The notes: a model not told the origin generated them from the letters alone. DNA of 64,000 bases from the human T2T-CHM13v2.0 reference genome, Homo sapiens (GCF_009914755.1 NC_060929.1); one strand, 5' to 3'. Counted from the first letter of the stretch, positions 1 through 16,087 are shown. Made by a program: numbers and translations.

Positions 1-231
1 TGTTACCCAGGCTGGAATGCAGTGGCACCATAATGGCTCAGTGCATCCTCAAACTTCTGAGCTCAAGGGATCGTCTTCAAACTCCTGAGCTCAAGGGAGG
101 CTGAGGTGGGAGGATCGCTTGAGGCCAGGAGTTTGAGACCAGCTTGGGCAAGATGACAAGATCCTGTCTCTACAAAAAGAATTTTTTTTAATTAGTTGGG
201 CATGGTGGTGTGTGCGCCTAAAGTCCCAAGC
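1..231. mobile_element. Old Alu (AluJ/FLAM-type) fragments: antisense piece joined to a sense piece
   Basis: 1-98 reads as antisense Alu (cccaggctggaatgcagtgg); ~95-231 reads as sense (gggaggctgaggtgggaggatcgcttgaggccaggagtttgagaccagc). Confidence 0.85.
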
Positions 232-1559
232 TATGTCTGCTTATTTGAATATTGTTTGATTATAAAGGTATTAAGAAAATGCCTAACATCACATACCACA
301 CTCAAAGCTAGATTTAAGATTTGCCATCTTTCACCTCTGCTCCACTCTGCAGGCCATTGTGTATGGCCAGACAGCCTGCTCACTGCCCAGCTCCAGGGGC
401 CATGCATGGGGGATGTGATGTACACATGACTATTTGGAATTGAGTAACATGGTGGCCTGCTCCACTAATAAAGTGTATATGAAAGAATTTTTCCATTCCT
501 GAATACTCCTTTTCCTCAAGTTTGATGTGTGGTTATTGAAAGATTGGGCAATGACAGGCTTATTTTTATTCTTGTATTTTATAAGAAATGTCTAAAATTG
601 TGAGTGATATATGACCTTTCTGATCCTCAGATATGTAGAACTGTTTCTTTTGTTGGGTTTATTGAATTGGTTATACCAGGAGGAACTGGTAGATTTTGAA
701 AAGAACACCCCTCACCTTTCCTTTTCTTAGCAATCTTTTTCTTTGGTTTCTGACTGCCTTTCCCTTAATCAGAAAACACCTGCTTTGGTGTTTGGAGATG
801 TCCTTTGATTTTTCATCATGAGCTGAGGCTCCCTCACTTGCCTTCTGTCACCCGATCTTAGAATCTTCTAAGAAACCATTTTGCTTTTACTGTATAGAGA
901 ATTCTTAGCTCTGAAAGGAAAGTCTTTCAGTGCACTTGTTACAATGTTATAACATTTTTAGTGTTGATGGAAATGAAGCTGGAAGGCTAAACAAGAGTCT
1001 CCCATCCCCGGCTCGCTGAGACTCGGCTCGGTCCCTTTGCAGCTCTCAGTGCAGTCATTTCTCCACGGGTCTTGCAGGCACCACCTGCATCCAGGTTGTG
1101 GGTGTTTATTTAAGAGAGATTTCTGTCCTCACTCCAAACCTAGTGACGTAGGCTCTCTTGGAGTGAGGCCTGCGGATGAGCATTTGAACAGCTCACCACT
1201 TGATTTTTGCACACACTGAGGTCCGGAAGCCATTGCCTTACTGACGCCACAGCCTTCTTCCCATAGGGCTTCCTGTGGTCCTGATCACCAGCGTCCGCAA
1301 TGCCAAATGCCTTACTTTGTTAGAAAGTGTCTAACACCATTGAATTTCTGTCTAAGAAAATGATGAGCAAAGCTCTCTTGAGCTTGTGGACTTAAGACTT
1401 CAATTTGCTTTTATTTTTCTCCAGTTCCTCGATTATGCCTACAGATGAAGTTGTTCAGTTAAAATGTTTATGTGCTTTTTAAGCACTGTAACGATCTCTA
1501 GAGATAACAAATAGAATAAGAATGAAAATCCTTATAATATCTCACTTTAAAAGATGTAA

Positions 1560-2745
1560 GAATTTTTTTTAATGATGTTTTCCAAGGTAAATGGCTTTGG
1601 AAAAAAAATTAAGTTGGATTTATATCTCACCTTGATACCGAGATAAATACCAGAAGAAGATTTAAATATCAGCAGTGGTACCTAATAGTACCAGAAGAAA
1701 TAACAGGATATTTTTTATATCCTCGTATGGAGAAATTTGTCTAAATGACACAAAATCCAAACCATGAAAGAAAAGGTTAATAAATTCACCTACACAAAAA
1801 AATGTAAAACTTTACACAAGACAGTCCACCATAAGGAACATCTAAAGTTAAAAATGAAATAGAGAAGATATATAGGCAGCTCATATCACAAAGGACTGAT
1901 TTGCCAGTAAGAAAGAACTTTTACAAATCAATAAGGAAAAAAAAGACCAAGAAAATGGACAAAAGATATTAAACATGTGTCATAGCAAGGGAATAAATGG
2001 CCTTCACCATGAGATCATCAACTTTACTTAATATAAGAAAAGCGTACATCAAAACCACACTGAGTTCATTTCACCCAGTGGATTAGCCGAGATCAAAAAG
2101 GTGGACCCCATGCTGCGTGGACGAGGCTCCGTTGCTGGGGGAGTGGAGCAGGGCAGCCCCTCAGAGGCCTCCGGTGGCATCTTCCTGCCCCCTCGCACTC
2201 CTGCCTGCTCACACTGCACTTCCTGTCTGCCCCAGCAGTTCCAGGTCTCACAATGTGTGTTACGGCAGCAGCACTCAGGCACGTGTCTAACCACCGTTCA
2301 TGCAACTGATGGATTTCTTGCATTGTTGCCGTGGTAGACGGAATTTGGAAACAACACGGAGACCTATTGGTGGAGAGACGTTAACTTACGTGCATCCACA
2401 CAGTTCACATCCATATAGTGAAATATTACCCAGCTCTACCTAAACACAGGCGAGGACTTTAGTTCTGATCAGGAAGGACAACTAGGATGTGTTCAGTAGA
2501 AAATGCTAATACAGAGCAGTGTGTGTTGTATGCAAGTACACGTGTAAGAAATATGAGAGAGAAAAATACTTATATACATTTGCGCACTTGCTTGTACATG
2601 CACATAAAATGTCTCTGAAGTGATAGCAAGAAGCTGGTGATTGGAACTGGTGACAGTGGAAGGTGGGGTGAGAAGAGTTTTTACTTTGTATCTTTTTTAT
2701 CTTTGGAATTTTGAATCCTGTAAATGTATTTTAAAAATACCAATG
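1560..2745 (+). mobile_element. Highly decayed old L1 (L1M-type) 3' region
   Basis: A-rich sequence resembling L1 ORF2 end/3'UTR (caaatcaataagg, aaaatggacaaaagat, ggaaacaac); boundaries approximate. Confidence 0.55.
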
Positions 2746-3119
2746 CAAGTAAAAATATACTGAGATATTTTTAAAGTTCATAGGTTAGCAGATTTATGGT
2801 ACTTAGTTTTTATCACACCATTCAGTTGCTCAATAATTCTTGTTTAATTTTGGCAAGCTGCATTATATTTTTATCTTCACTTCTGTGTCCCCATCACTTA
2901 AAACACTCAATAGCTTTCTTAACCCCTTAAAGATAGACATACAGGTAGTTTACAGTGCCCTCCACAGATGGCCCTTGTGGCAATGTAAGAGATGTTAGTG
3001 AAACAAGCAAAGATTTCTGGGCTGTGAAGGTGACGTTCTCACAGGAGAAGGACAGACGACGATTGTAAAAAATCACTTGCACCCTCTGTCAGAAGGCCAT
3101 ACATGCTATGGGAAGCAGC

Positions 3120-3320
3120 AGAGCAGAAGAATAGGCAGGGAGGCAAGCTGCAGTTTAAGGGGGTCCAGGGAGGGCCCGCTAAGAGAGTGGCGTTTATTTG
3201 AGTAGAGACATGAAGGAGCCATAGGGATATCTGGGGGAGTGGCTTTCCAGGCAGGAGCACCAGTGCAGAGGCCCCAAGGAGGGTGCTGGCCTGGAGGGGT
3301 GAGTTGGTGAGCCACAGCTG
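3120..3320 (-). mobile_element. L2 fragment
   Basis: Purine-rich L2-like text (gagacatgaaggagcc...ttccaggcaggagcaccagtgcagaggccc). Confidence 0.5.
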
Positions 3321-4452
3321 GGGGACGGGGGTGCTGTTGGGTGGCTAGGGGCTGGCTGGAGTGTTGGGGTTATTTGTGTAGAGTCTGGAGGATCTTGACG
3401 GCTGACTTCACAGGTTACCCAGTGAATTATGGCTTAGAACTTTGATTTTACAAGCTAAGATCATTTATCTGGGTTTTGAACTCCGACCTTCTTTCTTTTG
3501 GGGATTTTTAAAGTCAGTTTCCTGAATATGTGTTAAAAAGATTTTCTAGTTAAAGCTTAACGGAGAATAGCAGGTTCCATAGAAGAGGAGTAACTCACTT
3601 ATTTGAAAACACTATAACAAAGGAAGCCTAATAGTAATAACCATCGAAATGGATGTGAAGAGAGAGAGCTGTTGAGAAGTCAGAGTTGAGTGAGGTTGCC
3701 AAATGGTATATATAACTTGTTGTATGGTTGTCTGTGTATCTCTGTGAAAAATAATAAACTATGCTTAACTTAATGAAAGATCTTTTCTGTGTACATACAA
3801 AATAGAATAATTTTAGAGAGAGCTCTCAAACAGGGAAACAAAATTTACAGTACCTCTGTATAGATGATTTCCTGACTAGTGAATTTTCCTTCACATTTTC
3901 TGAGAGTTAAAGCAATCAACACGACACAGAGGAGCTTCATGAGGAATTTTGTTGAGTGCCTGCTGTGGGGACAGCCGTGGCCACACATGCTTCAGGAAAA
4001 CCAAAAAGTCAGATGACTGCTTGCCCCGAAAGAGCTGTGGGTCCAGTTGGGCACAAAGAGTAAACATGCATAGAGCGAGGAGCTGTCTTTGCTCAGCGGC
4101 TTTGAGGAGAGTAGCAGCATTGTGAAGACCGCGTTCTTCGCATACATTCCTCCATGCATCCATTCTACACATTTTTACTAAGCACCTCCTAGATGAAGAC
4201 GTTGCTGAAAAATAGTCTAAGTTTATTCTTTGAGGTCATAAAAATGCCATTCGTTGTAGCAGAGCTGAGGAGAGATAGCTGGTCAGGAATCCGGGAGATG
4301 GAGTGGGTGGACCTGGGGCTTTGGTCTCAGTTTCTACCATCAGCCGGTTTTCCTGTTCAGAGCTCAGAGTTGGAGTCAAGTCGCCACTGTGTTTGAGGTT
4401 TCTGGCAGTCGGATTCATTTGCCTCACAATACTTTCCTGTTGTTTTTTGCAG

Positions 4453-4647
4453 CAAACCAAAGAGAGAGTGAAGCTATTGATACAGCTGGCTGATGGCTTT
4501 TGTGAAAAAGGGCATGCCCATGCGGCAGAGATAAAAAAATGTGTTACTGCTGTGGATAAGAGGTACAGAGATTTCTCTCTGCGGATGGAGAAGTACAGGA
4601 CCTCTTTGGAAAAAGCCCTGGGGATTTCTTCAGATTCCAACAAATCG
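4453..4647 (+). CDS. TRIO: TRIO coding exon (end of spectrin-repeat region; QTKERVKLLIQLADGF...ISSDSNKS), 195 nt, phase 0-0
   Basis: Acceptor tttttgcag|CAA, donor TCG|gtaaat; translation matches TRIO as I recognise it; frame continuous with next exon. Confidence 0.96.
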
Positions 4648-4746
4648 GTAAATGGCCTTGTGCAAACTGAATAAATTATGGTCTTCTTCCTAACGCCCTC
4701 TCTGCTGATTTAATTAACTGAGTTCATTGGCTCTGTTATTCCACAG

Positions 4747-4862
4747 AGTAAAAGTCTCCAGCTAGATATCATTCCAGCCAGTATCCCTGGCTCAGAGGTG
4801 AAACTTCGAGATGCTGCTCATGAACTTAATGAAGAGAAGCGGAAATCTGCCCGCAGGAAAGA
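4747..4862 (+). CDS. TRIO: TRIO coding exon (linker before DH1; SKSLQLDIIPASIPGSEVKLRDAAHELNEEKRKSARRKE), 116 nt, phase 0-2
   Basis: Acceptor ttccacag|AGT, donor GA|gtaagc; follows a 99-nt intron. Confidence 0.96.
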
Positions 4863-5227
4863 GTAAGCCAGTCTTTCAGAATCTACCAGGATTCACTGGA
4901 AAAGTGAAGAGAATGTCATTTGGACAGACATGCTTCTGTGTGTGCTTTGAAGTCACATGGCACCCAGGCTTTTTGTTGCTCTGGGTGGACTTAGTTGTGT
5001 CAGCACAGACTTCGCTGCGTTCACTGTCCTCTTATCACCTGGTTCAGAAACAGCATCTAGTTTTTATCCCTGTGCCTGTGTTTCATTTGGAGTTGATGAA
5101 TTGTCATTAATAGATAGTGACACTAAGGAGAGGAAATTAATAGTTTTTATCACGCCTAAAACAAATTTAGTTGTGTAAAAGTTGCCAGTTAGTAAACTCT
5201 ATATAAATAAAAAAGAGTGCTCTAATC

Positions 5228-5413
5228 CAGTGGTTCTTAATTGGCAGTTTTGTCCCCAATGTGAGGGGACACTTTGGTTGTCACAGTGGGGAGGGGGAGG
5301 GAGTGCTGTTGGCCTCTAGTGGGAAGCTGCTGAGCACTCTCCAGTGCAGAGGGCAGCCCCACAGCAGAGTTACCTGGCCCCAGATGTCCACAGTGCCAGG
5401 TTGAGAAACCCTG
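5228..5413. mobile_element. MER20-like hAT-Charlie DNA transposon remnant
   Basis: Termini cagtggttcttaa ... ttgagaaaccctg; internal ttggttgtcaca, ggcctctagtgg, cagatgtccacagtgccagg. Confidence 0.8.
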
Positions 5414-5627
5414 ATCTGTCGGTACCTCAGTAAAGTGTGTGCAGAAATCTTTTTTTCCCCTTTGAATTAGCGGGTGGATACTGTTCTATTTGTGATTCAC
5501 CTCTCCAAAATGATCAATCTAAGACTAATACTTTTAGACCCACTCTGTTATTTCATAAATCCATAAAAGTAGATAGTGAAGTAAGCTGCACCCTGACTGT
5601 ACTCCTCACTGTCTTCCTCTCTTTAAG

Positions 5628-5694
5628 GTTCATAATGGCTGAGCTCATTCAAACTGAAAAGGCTTATGTAAGAGACCTCCGGGAATGTATGGAT
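5628..5694 (+). CDS. TRIO: TRIO coding exon, start of DH1 domain (FIMAELIQTEKAYVRDLRECMD), 67 nt, phase 2-0
   Basis: Acceptor ctctttaag|G, donor GAT|gtaagt; Dbl-homology CR1 motif ELxxTExxYVxDL. Confidence 0.97.
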
Positions 5695-6303
5695 GTAAGT
5701 AAGTTTTTTTTTTTTTTTTTTGCTTGTTTATTTAGATTGAGCATAAGCTTGCTATTTTATTCTTACCTGTTGGTAGTCCTTAGAATAATCACAATTTTTT
5801 TCTGTCATTTTTTTAAATGTAAAGTATGCTTCAGCAGCCGGTTTCATGTTTCTGCACTTCTGTAGAGTTCTAGGTTTGTTTTTCACTCATTACAGAGATG
5901 ATACAGCATTAATCCTCTCATTCTGTTTATCACATGATGGCCTGGCTAACACTCTCTTTGTATAGAATTGTACAGCAGCTTCAGAGAAATGTGCCTACTA
6001 ATTATGACTGGCAACTAATACTCAGTGGTATCAGGAATATTGGTTATACTTGTGGAGTAGGTTAATTCCAAAATTTGAAGCTGGGAATAATTTTAGAGTT
6101 GAAAAGTATAGGAACTCCTCTCAAGTATTAACAGCAACTGAGGGCCTTTTTTAGAAGGGTTTTTTATGTTTTGTAAAAGGGTCCAGTCCTTAGTTATACT
6201 TTCACTTATACATTAACTCTGTGTGTTTACAGATGTCAGAAACAGCTGTTTCTTGAAAATATGGTGATTATTTTTGTCTAATCCCTGTTTCCCTCTCGGC
6301 TAG

Positions 6304-6413
6304 ACGTACCTGTGGGAAATGACCAGTGGCGTGGAAGAGATTCCACCTGGCATTGTAAACAAAGAACTCATCATCTTCGGAAACATGCAAGAAATCTACG
6401 AATTTCATAATAA
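6304..6413 (+). CDS. TRIO: TRIO coding exon, DH1 ([36 protein letters not shown]), 110 nt, phase 0-2
   Basis: Acceptor ctcggctag|ACG, donor AA|gtgagt; DH motif IFGNxxEIYxFH. Confidence 0.97.
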
Positions 6414-7245
6414 GTGAGTGGCTTTTTCTTTGGGAGCAGTTACGCTTGAAATCCATGTGCTGAAGTTTCATCACAAGAAATGAACCATTCCCATTGAATT
6501 AAGCAGATTTCAGTGATTTTGTTTCCATTTGAATGAAGCCTATCAGTCTTTCTCCAAAAAGACTGACATTCTAGAAATTCTTTTAATACAGACTCAACTT
6601 TATGTTTGTACTTATCTTCTACAGAAATAAGATCAGGAAAACTATGAAAATATTTTTATAGGAAGCTTAATTTCTCTGAAGCCGAGCCGTCAGGTGCCCT
6701 GTGACTTACTTCTGAGGGTTGAGAGACAGTGGAGCCCCCTTGGGACTGCAGGCCTATGCTGTTTGCTCTCTTATAGTAAGAGAAAGGAACTGAAGAAGCA
6801 ACAGAAGTGTATTCTGACCAAAATAAAATGCATTTTCCTTTGGCCACAGGAGGTACATGATTCTCTTTTAATATTGTTAAAGCAGCGGCAGCAGAAGCTC
6901 CTTTAGGTGGCCTGTGATGAGATGATGCTGGGGTCAGCAAGAGCGCAGTCCCCTCACCCCTCAGCAGAAGGCAGAAAAGACCAAATGGGTCTTCAGCCAA
7001 ATATTTACGTCTCCGAAGTATATGCTCAGTGAACACACTAGCACTTGCCCAGAAATAAATTTGTTAGAAAGCATTTGAAGGCGAAACTGGCTAGCTGTTT
7101 GAAAGTCACAATAACTTACCCTAGTTAAGAGCTACATGTTTTGTTCATTCTTTAGGGGGCACAGATTTCTCAGTTTCTGGCATATCTCACTAGTAAAATG
7201 TTTTAAAACACCTTTGTAATATGATACCATTTTTATTCTTTGCAG

Positions 7246-7315
7246 CATATTCCTAAAGGAGCTGGAAAAATATGAACAGTTGCCAGAGGATGTTGGACAT
7301 TGTTTTGTTACTTGG
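7246..7315 (+). CDS. TRIO: TRIO coding exon, DH1 ([23 protein letters not shown]), 70 nt, phase 2-0
   Basis: Acceptor ctttgcag|C, donor TGG|gtaatg; phase consistent with neighbours. Confidence 0.96.
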
Positions 7316-7891
7316 GTAATGAAACCTCAACCATTTGTTCTCTCCCAGCTATTAGGTGACGTTGAAGGAAGTTAGGAGGGATGGTCTTCATTTCCTTTAA
7401 GTCACCATCTTCTGCTCATATCCATGCTTGCGGAGAAATAGACTTTACCTCAAAGAATTGCATACTTCAACTAATTGTTTTTGTGGAGTGAGTTTTTTTA
7501 TTGGCCCTGGTGATGGTTTGAAATAGAATATTTAGTGTGCCAGGTCTCCGCTTGACCCTGGGGATTTGCTGATAGGTGAGTTCCCAGTCCTTCTGGGGGA
7601 TCGTCTAGTCTAGAGGGGAGGCAGACAGGTGAACGTGCGGTCATGCTGTCCAAAGCCCACAGCCAGCTCTGCACGCGTGACTGTGGAAAGAGAGGACTGG
7701 TGCTCAGCCCGACGTGTCGGGGTCGGGGAGGCTGCTGCAGCTGCATGCTGTCAGAACGATGTGTTTCTTATTTCAGTAGCTTTCTTTTTAAAATAGAGTC
7801 TCTTCAACTCGAGGCTTAAATTTCCGTTATCCATACTGCTTCTTTTCTATATGAAAGTTTATCATGCGTTGACTTGTTATGATTTAAATGA

Positions 7892-8032
<141 letters not shown>

Positions 8033-9130
8033 TAATTTTCCAAGTTGTGTACATAAAATGCGGCATTACTCATAACTTTCACCTAATTGATAGTACAATG
8101 TTTTCATTTTTGTCTATCATTTTTGTCTATCATTTTGTCTATCATGTCTATTGGGCTATTCTTCTATTGTCTTCTGTTTTTAAAAGATCCTACACAAATA
8201 CTGGAAGCCTTATATCTGTAAGGAACTCAGATTGTAATATATAGATGTATGTTTGTGTGTGTGTATATGTTATTATTTATATTCAGTCATTTATAATATC
8301 ATTACTATTTATATTCAATACATTTTTTCACCTGTAATACTGTATACAGAAGGCATAAACTATTAAGCTTCTTTTCCCCCTCAGTAAAACAAAAATAAAT
8401 GTGAATCTTTTTATTTTTCCTATTTTAATTTCATGATGTTACGAATTTTCAAAAACAACCTACCAGTAAAGTTTTACAAATAGTGCCATAACAACTAGGA
8501 TAATTAGAAGGTTAACTAATTGTGTTCTCATTGGAGTAAACGTAGATACAGGTCATCTGTGTTTTGAAAGCTGTTGCAGCGGCTTATTCAGCACAAAAGA
8601 GATGGAGCTTTAGAACGTGATACACAGAGTGCTTTCTGGGTTTCCAGAACTTGGTCAAATATGTGCCAATACATTTTGATTGAAGGATAAGGTGCTATTG
8701 AATAGTGTGCATAGTTTGGTGCATAAGGTTGTGAGGATGTTGGACTTGTTTTCTGTCTTTACACTTGTGCATGGACTGGTGGGATCATCAGCTCTTATGT
8801 GAAAGTCTGGGGAAGTAGAATAAACTTTTCAGTTTCTATCTTTGAGATGAAGCCCTACCTGTAGATGACCCTGTTTTAATTGTCATTCTCCTGACCATTA
8901 CATTACACATTACACATCACTGCCTTTGTTAATAGGAAGCCTTCTCCCAGGCCAAAGTGGCCTTTTCTTGTTAATATTTCACATGATTCTAGGTCTTTGC
9001 CATCAGACAAAATTCAGCACCTGTATATGGAGTTAGAAATATTTTAGTATTAAGTATTTCACTTAAACAGTGAGGGCACATAGCACATTTAATGTTTGGA
9101 ATCAAAGCCATTTTAGAAACCCTTATGCCC

Positions 9131-10401
<1,271 letters not shown>

Positions 10402-11007
10402 AGAAACCCTTATGCCCTAAAACATGTCTTCAAGAATAAGAGAAATCATGCCTGAGAGATTTCACAATTTATATGCTTTCAGTATTCCTTGTACAGTTGG
10501 TTTATTTTTTTAGAGGCTTTCTTCTACAGCTTCCTCTCTTCTCCAGGCTATCTGATAACCTTTGATTATGCTTCTTACCAGTAACAAGCATTATTGAACA
10601 TCTGTATGGTGCTCATTTAACTCTAAGCTCTGTCTTAGGTGCTAGTGTAAAGTGGTGAGTAGCACAGACAGGGCCTGTCTTCACAGCAAGGAATACAGCA
10701 AGGAATACAACCAGTTGTAAAGGAATACAACCTTTACATGCAATACAGATCATTGCATGTAAAGGACATAATTACAAAATGCAAAGTGCAAATCATGGCA
10801 TTAAAAGTGCAATTGAACAGTAAGGTAGATCCTCCTGCTCCAAAGTACCCCTTCCTCTCCAGAAGTAACATTTTAGAAGCAAAGAAGTTTGTGTTAATAA
10901 TTTAAAAGCCTCTTAGGAAAAGGAAACTTTATTATTTCAGCATGATTAAACAGTTGTCAGGTACAGTATTTGGAAAAGTAATGTGTTTTATGGCCATGAT
11001 TTAATAG

Positions 11008-11355
<348 letters not shown>

Positions 11356-12800
11356 TGACTGACCCTAAACATAAAATGAGAAATCATCAGTTCTTGATAT
11401 TTTAGTACCCTTAGTTCCCAGCTGTGGCTTGCTGACTGCGGGCCAGGCATGGTGCACTTTGGTACGCTCTGCATATGTTAACCTCCCAACAATGCTAGTC
11501 TGCAGGCATGGAAACTAGCCTCAGACTGTAAGGAGTGTGCCCAGAATCACCACTCAAACACGTTAACAGGCTCAGCTCAGAACACAGATCTGGCTGATGC
11601 CCAGGGCTTCCACTGAAGCCACGGAGAACCCATGCCCAGGAGGCTTCCTCTGTCTTGTTGCTTGTCCCTGATGTCACACCCCTCGCGGCACACCTTGTCC
11701 ATACAGACCGCAAGTATTGGAGTCAGGCTGACCTCTGCTTTTTATTAGTTGTGAGTGACTATAGTTAAAATCACATTTAAGAAAACAATAGTGATTAGTC
11801 TTGACAATAGAAAGGTAAACAAAACTTAGAATTTGTGCTAAGAGTTGTCACAAAATGTATTTTATTTTTATATTATATATCATCAATACACATTTTCTTG
11901 ACTACCTAAAAATTGACAGATTTTGTCTGGTAATGTTCAGCATACCATTTTCTCAGCTGGTGAATGTTATTAAGCATTAAAATGTAGAAACATGCATTCA
12001 TCCCAGTGATGGTATTCTATGAATCCTGCCATGTTCCAGGGACTGCCCTAGGCTCGACAACGGGAAGTTATTATGTAATTTGTCTAGATATAAAAGAAAT
12101 TTAGAAGATGGAGTTACAAATGCTGGAACTCTTCTTTACCCTTTTTGTTAGCAAGAAAAATCTACAGACAGTAATAAGTAGCTACATCGTTTTGTGAAAG
12201 TGATACTATTATGGGATTTTTCAATTGGAAAAGCTCTCCTGTACTTTTATATCAAAATGCCGTTAAGTGATTATGTGACCATTCCCGCAGAAATATATAG
12301 TTACTATGAATGCAAAATAAGTCAGGAGGCTAATTTGTTCATATTCAAATTTGTCCTTTGCTTTCTAATTCTACAAAGGCAGTTTACCTTTCAGTGTCCT
12401 CAAGATGTAAGGATTTTGTTTTCAGCATGTAGTTCTGCTAAACTGGTGCTTAAATTTGTAAACCTCGCCTTACTCTGCCAGAGGTTCTTCAGGAGAACAG
12501 TGATAAGCTCTCTTGAGCTCCCCAACAAGGAAGGTTTTCTGCCAGTTGTCAGTTAGTAGGCTCAGTACACTGCATTTGTGAGCAGTGTTTGCCATGCTGC
12601 TTAGAATCACAGGTAAACACCATCTGGTGATGAGGGAAGGTGCCCATCAGGCAGCTGAGTTCCTCTCAAGTAACCACTGGGAGACCAGTGCTGGCTGCAG
12701 TGTCATACCTCTCTTTTGTTGACTACCAAGACACAAAACACTGCTATTGCTATTACTGACTGGTAGTAATTATTAATACACCAATAAGAAAGTATCTTGG

Positions 12801-13134
<334 letters not shown>

Positions 13135-13418
13135 TTAATAACGGATGTTTCTCTAAATGGCTTTGCAATGTAATCACACACATAGGGCTCCCCAGAGAGA
13201 TGTAATTCAACCATTAGAGCTTTTCTAAACATCCTACGCAAAAAGGAAATGCATTTGACTGTAAGTAACTCATGCGGTGTTACTGTTTCTGCTGCGTGGA
13301 TTGGCTGGTCCGGTTTAGATGGGACATTGCATTCATAGCTCCAAGGTGCAGAGTCACGCTGGGATTGTGTGGTAAACGCACAGTTGGACCTGACATGGCA
13401 GTCAGCTGTAACCAGTAG

Positions 13419-13808
<390 letters not shown>

Positions 13809-14059
13809 TGATTGTTAACAGGTATACTAATTTCATCTTAAACTGTGAATACATCTGGCTTACTCTGATTAGAACAGGACAAACCCTGCCATCCATTGAA
13901 TAAAGAGGTAGTAGTTTATTTCTATGAGAACATATGCCCAGTTGACCACATTCTGTTTTTATCTTGAAAGCCATGGGCTTTCATAAACTGTTTCTGCCAA
14001 GGTCTTATTGGCAGAGCATTCTGCAGTCTTTACCTAGTTTCTGTTGTTTATCTTTGCAG

Positions 14060-14171
14060 GAGCTGCTGACGTGCTGTGAGGAAGGAAAGGGAGAGATTAA
14101 AGATGGCCTGGAGGTGATGCTCAGCGTGCCGAAGCGAGCCAATGATGCCATGCACCTCAGCATGCTGGAAG
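14060..14171 (+). CDS. TRIO: TRIO coding exon, end of DH1 ([37 protein letters not shown]), 112 nt, phase 0-1
   Basis: Acceptor tctttgcag|GAG, donor G|gtaaag; [10 protein letters not shown] motif. Confidence 0.97.
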
Positions 14172-15896
14172 GTAAAGGACCCTCCATACCCCAGTGTGCA
14201 TCTATGCAGTTTCTAATGACACTGTTTGTAAATGGATTTCCTGAACCCTAAAAATCCCCGCTTTATGTCTCTATGTTAGTGGTTAAGAACATTTCTTAAA
14301 GAATCAGTGTCATTGCTTTTCTTGAGGACCACATAAAATGTTTCTATACTCATTGAAAGCCTTTTCTGGTCCCTTCACTGGAAAACAGCCTCTCCACACT
14401 CTGGACTCCAATAGCACTTTGTGTCGCTTGCTGCAGGCCACCTGTTCTCCCTGTTAGATGGATGGGTAGGTGGGTGTATGGGTGGATCAAACCCCAGGAC
14501 TGTAAAATCCTTAAAAGAATGTGTTGCTTCCCCACCTCTGTATCCATTGCATCACTTGCTAGAGCCTGGAACATAGTAGGCACCAGATATTTCCTTGTGT
14601 AACATGGTAAAGAGAAAATTAGATAAATATGTTTCAAAATTAGAGCAATTATAATTTCCATAAATGCCTCTGTTTAAGAAAGCTCTTCCTGTTGTGCAAA
14701 GCTTGGTTCTTGCCAGGCTACACAGAATAAGTTTTAATCCTGCCCCAAATGCTTTTGCTAGCCTGTGTCTTTATGGGTAACACTGAACATAGGTGCCACT
14801 GTGGGTAATAAGACCCAAAACTCAGAGGCCAAGCAAAACAGATTTTTCTTTCTCTGATATAAAATGCTGATCTGGTATGGCCGCCCTTCATGATGTCATC
14901 CAGGACCCAGGCTGTGTTCCAGCTAGTTTCTCTCCATTCTAGTTGTTTTTCTGGCTGGCTAGGTCCAGGGTGTTTCAAGACCATGCCAACATTCCATTTA
15001 GCAGGAAGTGGGGAAGAAAGTCAGGGAGGAAACTCCAGATGGGCAGACACTAGCAGTAGTACCCGCTACTTTGCTCACTTGCCCAGAGCGTAGGTACCTG
15101 AGCTGCTTTTAACTGTTCCTGGGGCTGGGGGATGGAGTGCTTATTTTGAGCAGCCCTAGTGGGAGCTTCTACTATGAGAGTAAAAAGAGAGTGGAAGTCA
15201 GGAGGTAATGGGCAGCCTCTGCCCTAGGGCTGGCTTTACTAAGCCCTGGTGGCTTCATAACCAGGTGATAAAGCAGGCCACTTCCATGAAGAGAGGAGCA
15301 GTAGTGAAGTCCAGAGCACGAATGATTCACATGCAGACTGTCACATTCAGAGGAGGGAGGGTGCACCAAGCATGGGCAGCCAGGGACTTCTCCAAGAAGC
15401 AAGACCAGGACAGGTCCTTGAAGAAAGCCTGGACCTGAGCAGAGTGTCTGGGAAGGATGCTCTGGGCTGAGGAAGCAGAGAGAATCAAGACGGAGGCTGG
15501 GAAGTAGGTGGGGGCTTAGAGGAGAGTCGGAACTGTTTCAGAGGAGGAGCTTTCGGTGGTGGGATGCTGCAGGAGAGGGCTGAAGAGAAGTAGAGGGTGG
15601 AACCAGATCTCAACTGTTGCAGAGGCCCACCAGAGGGATAGAACTCAAAGAATAAAGCCATGAGGAATCGCAAAATGTTTTTGAACAAAGGAAAATATAT
15701 GTAAAGTGGTGTGTTAGGAAGAATTATCCTCTGTAGGATGGGTCAGTGGCGTCGAGTCAGGATCAGATGGGAAACTCTTATCTAGGGTTGGCCGATGGGC
15801 ATTTTTAAAATTGTTGAAAATACTAATAATGCTTTCTTGTGCATCAGTTTTTATTTTTCTTTTAAATTGATTTGCCTCCCTTTTTTCATGTTGTAG

Positions 15897-16087
15897 GGTT
15901 TGATGAAAACATTGAGTCTCAGGGAGAACTCATCCTACAGGAATCCTTCCAAGTGTGGGACCCAAAAACCTTAATTCGAAAGGGTCGAGAACGGCATCTC
16001 TTCCTTTTTGAAATGTCCTTAGTATTTAGTAAAGAAGTGAAAGATTCCAGTGGGAGAAGCAAGTACCTTTATAAAAGCAAATTGTTT
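15897..16087 (+). CDS. TRIO: TRIO coding exon, PH1 domain (GFDENIESQGELILQESFQVWDPKTLIRKGRERHLFLFEMSLVFSKEVKDSSGRSKYLYKSKLF), 191 nt, phase 1-0
   Basis: Acceptor gttgtag|GG, donor TTT|gtaagt; PH motif RERHLFLFE. Confidence 0.97.

Noticed and set aside
4648-4746. 99-nt intron (multiple of 3) as a possible in-frame retained intron
   Set aside because: Contains an in-frame TAA (4672-4674); both splice sites are canonical
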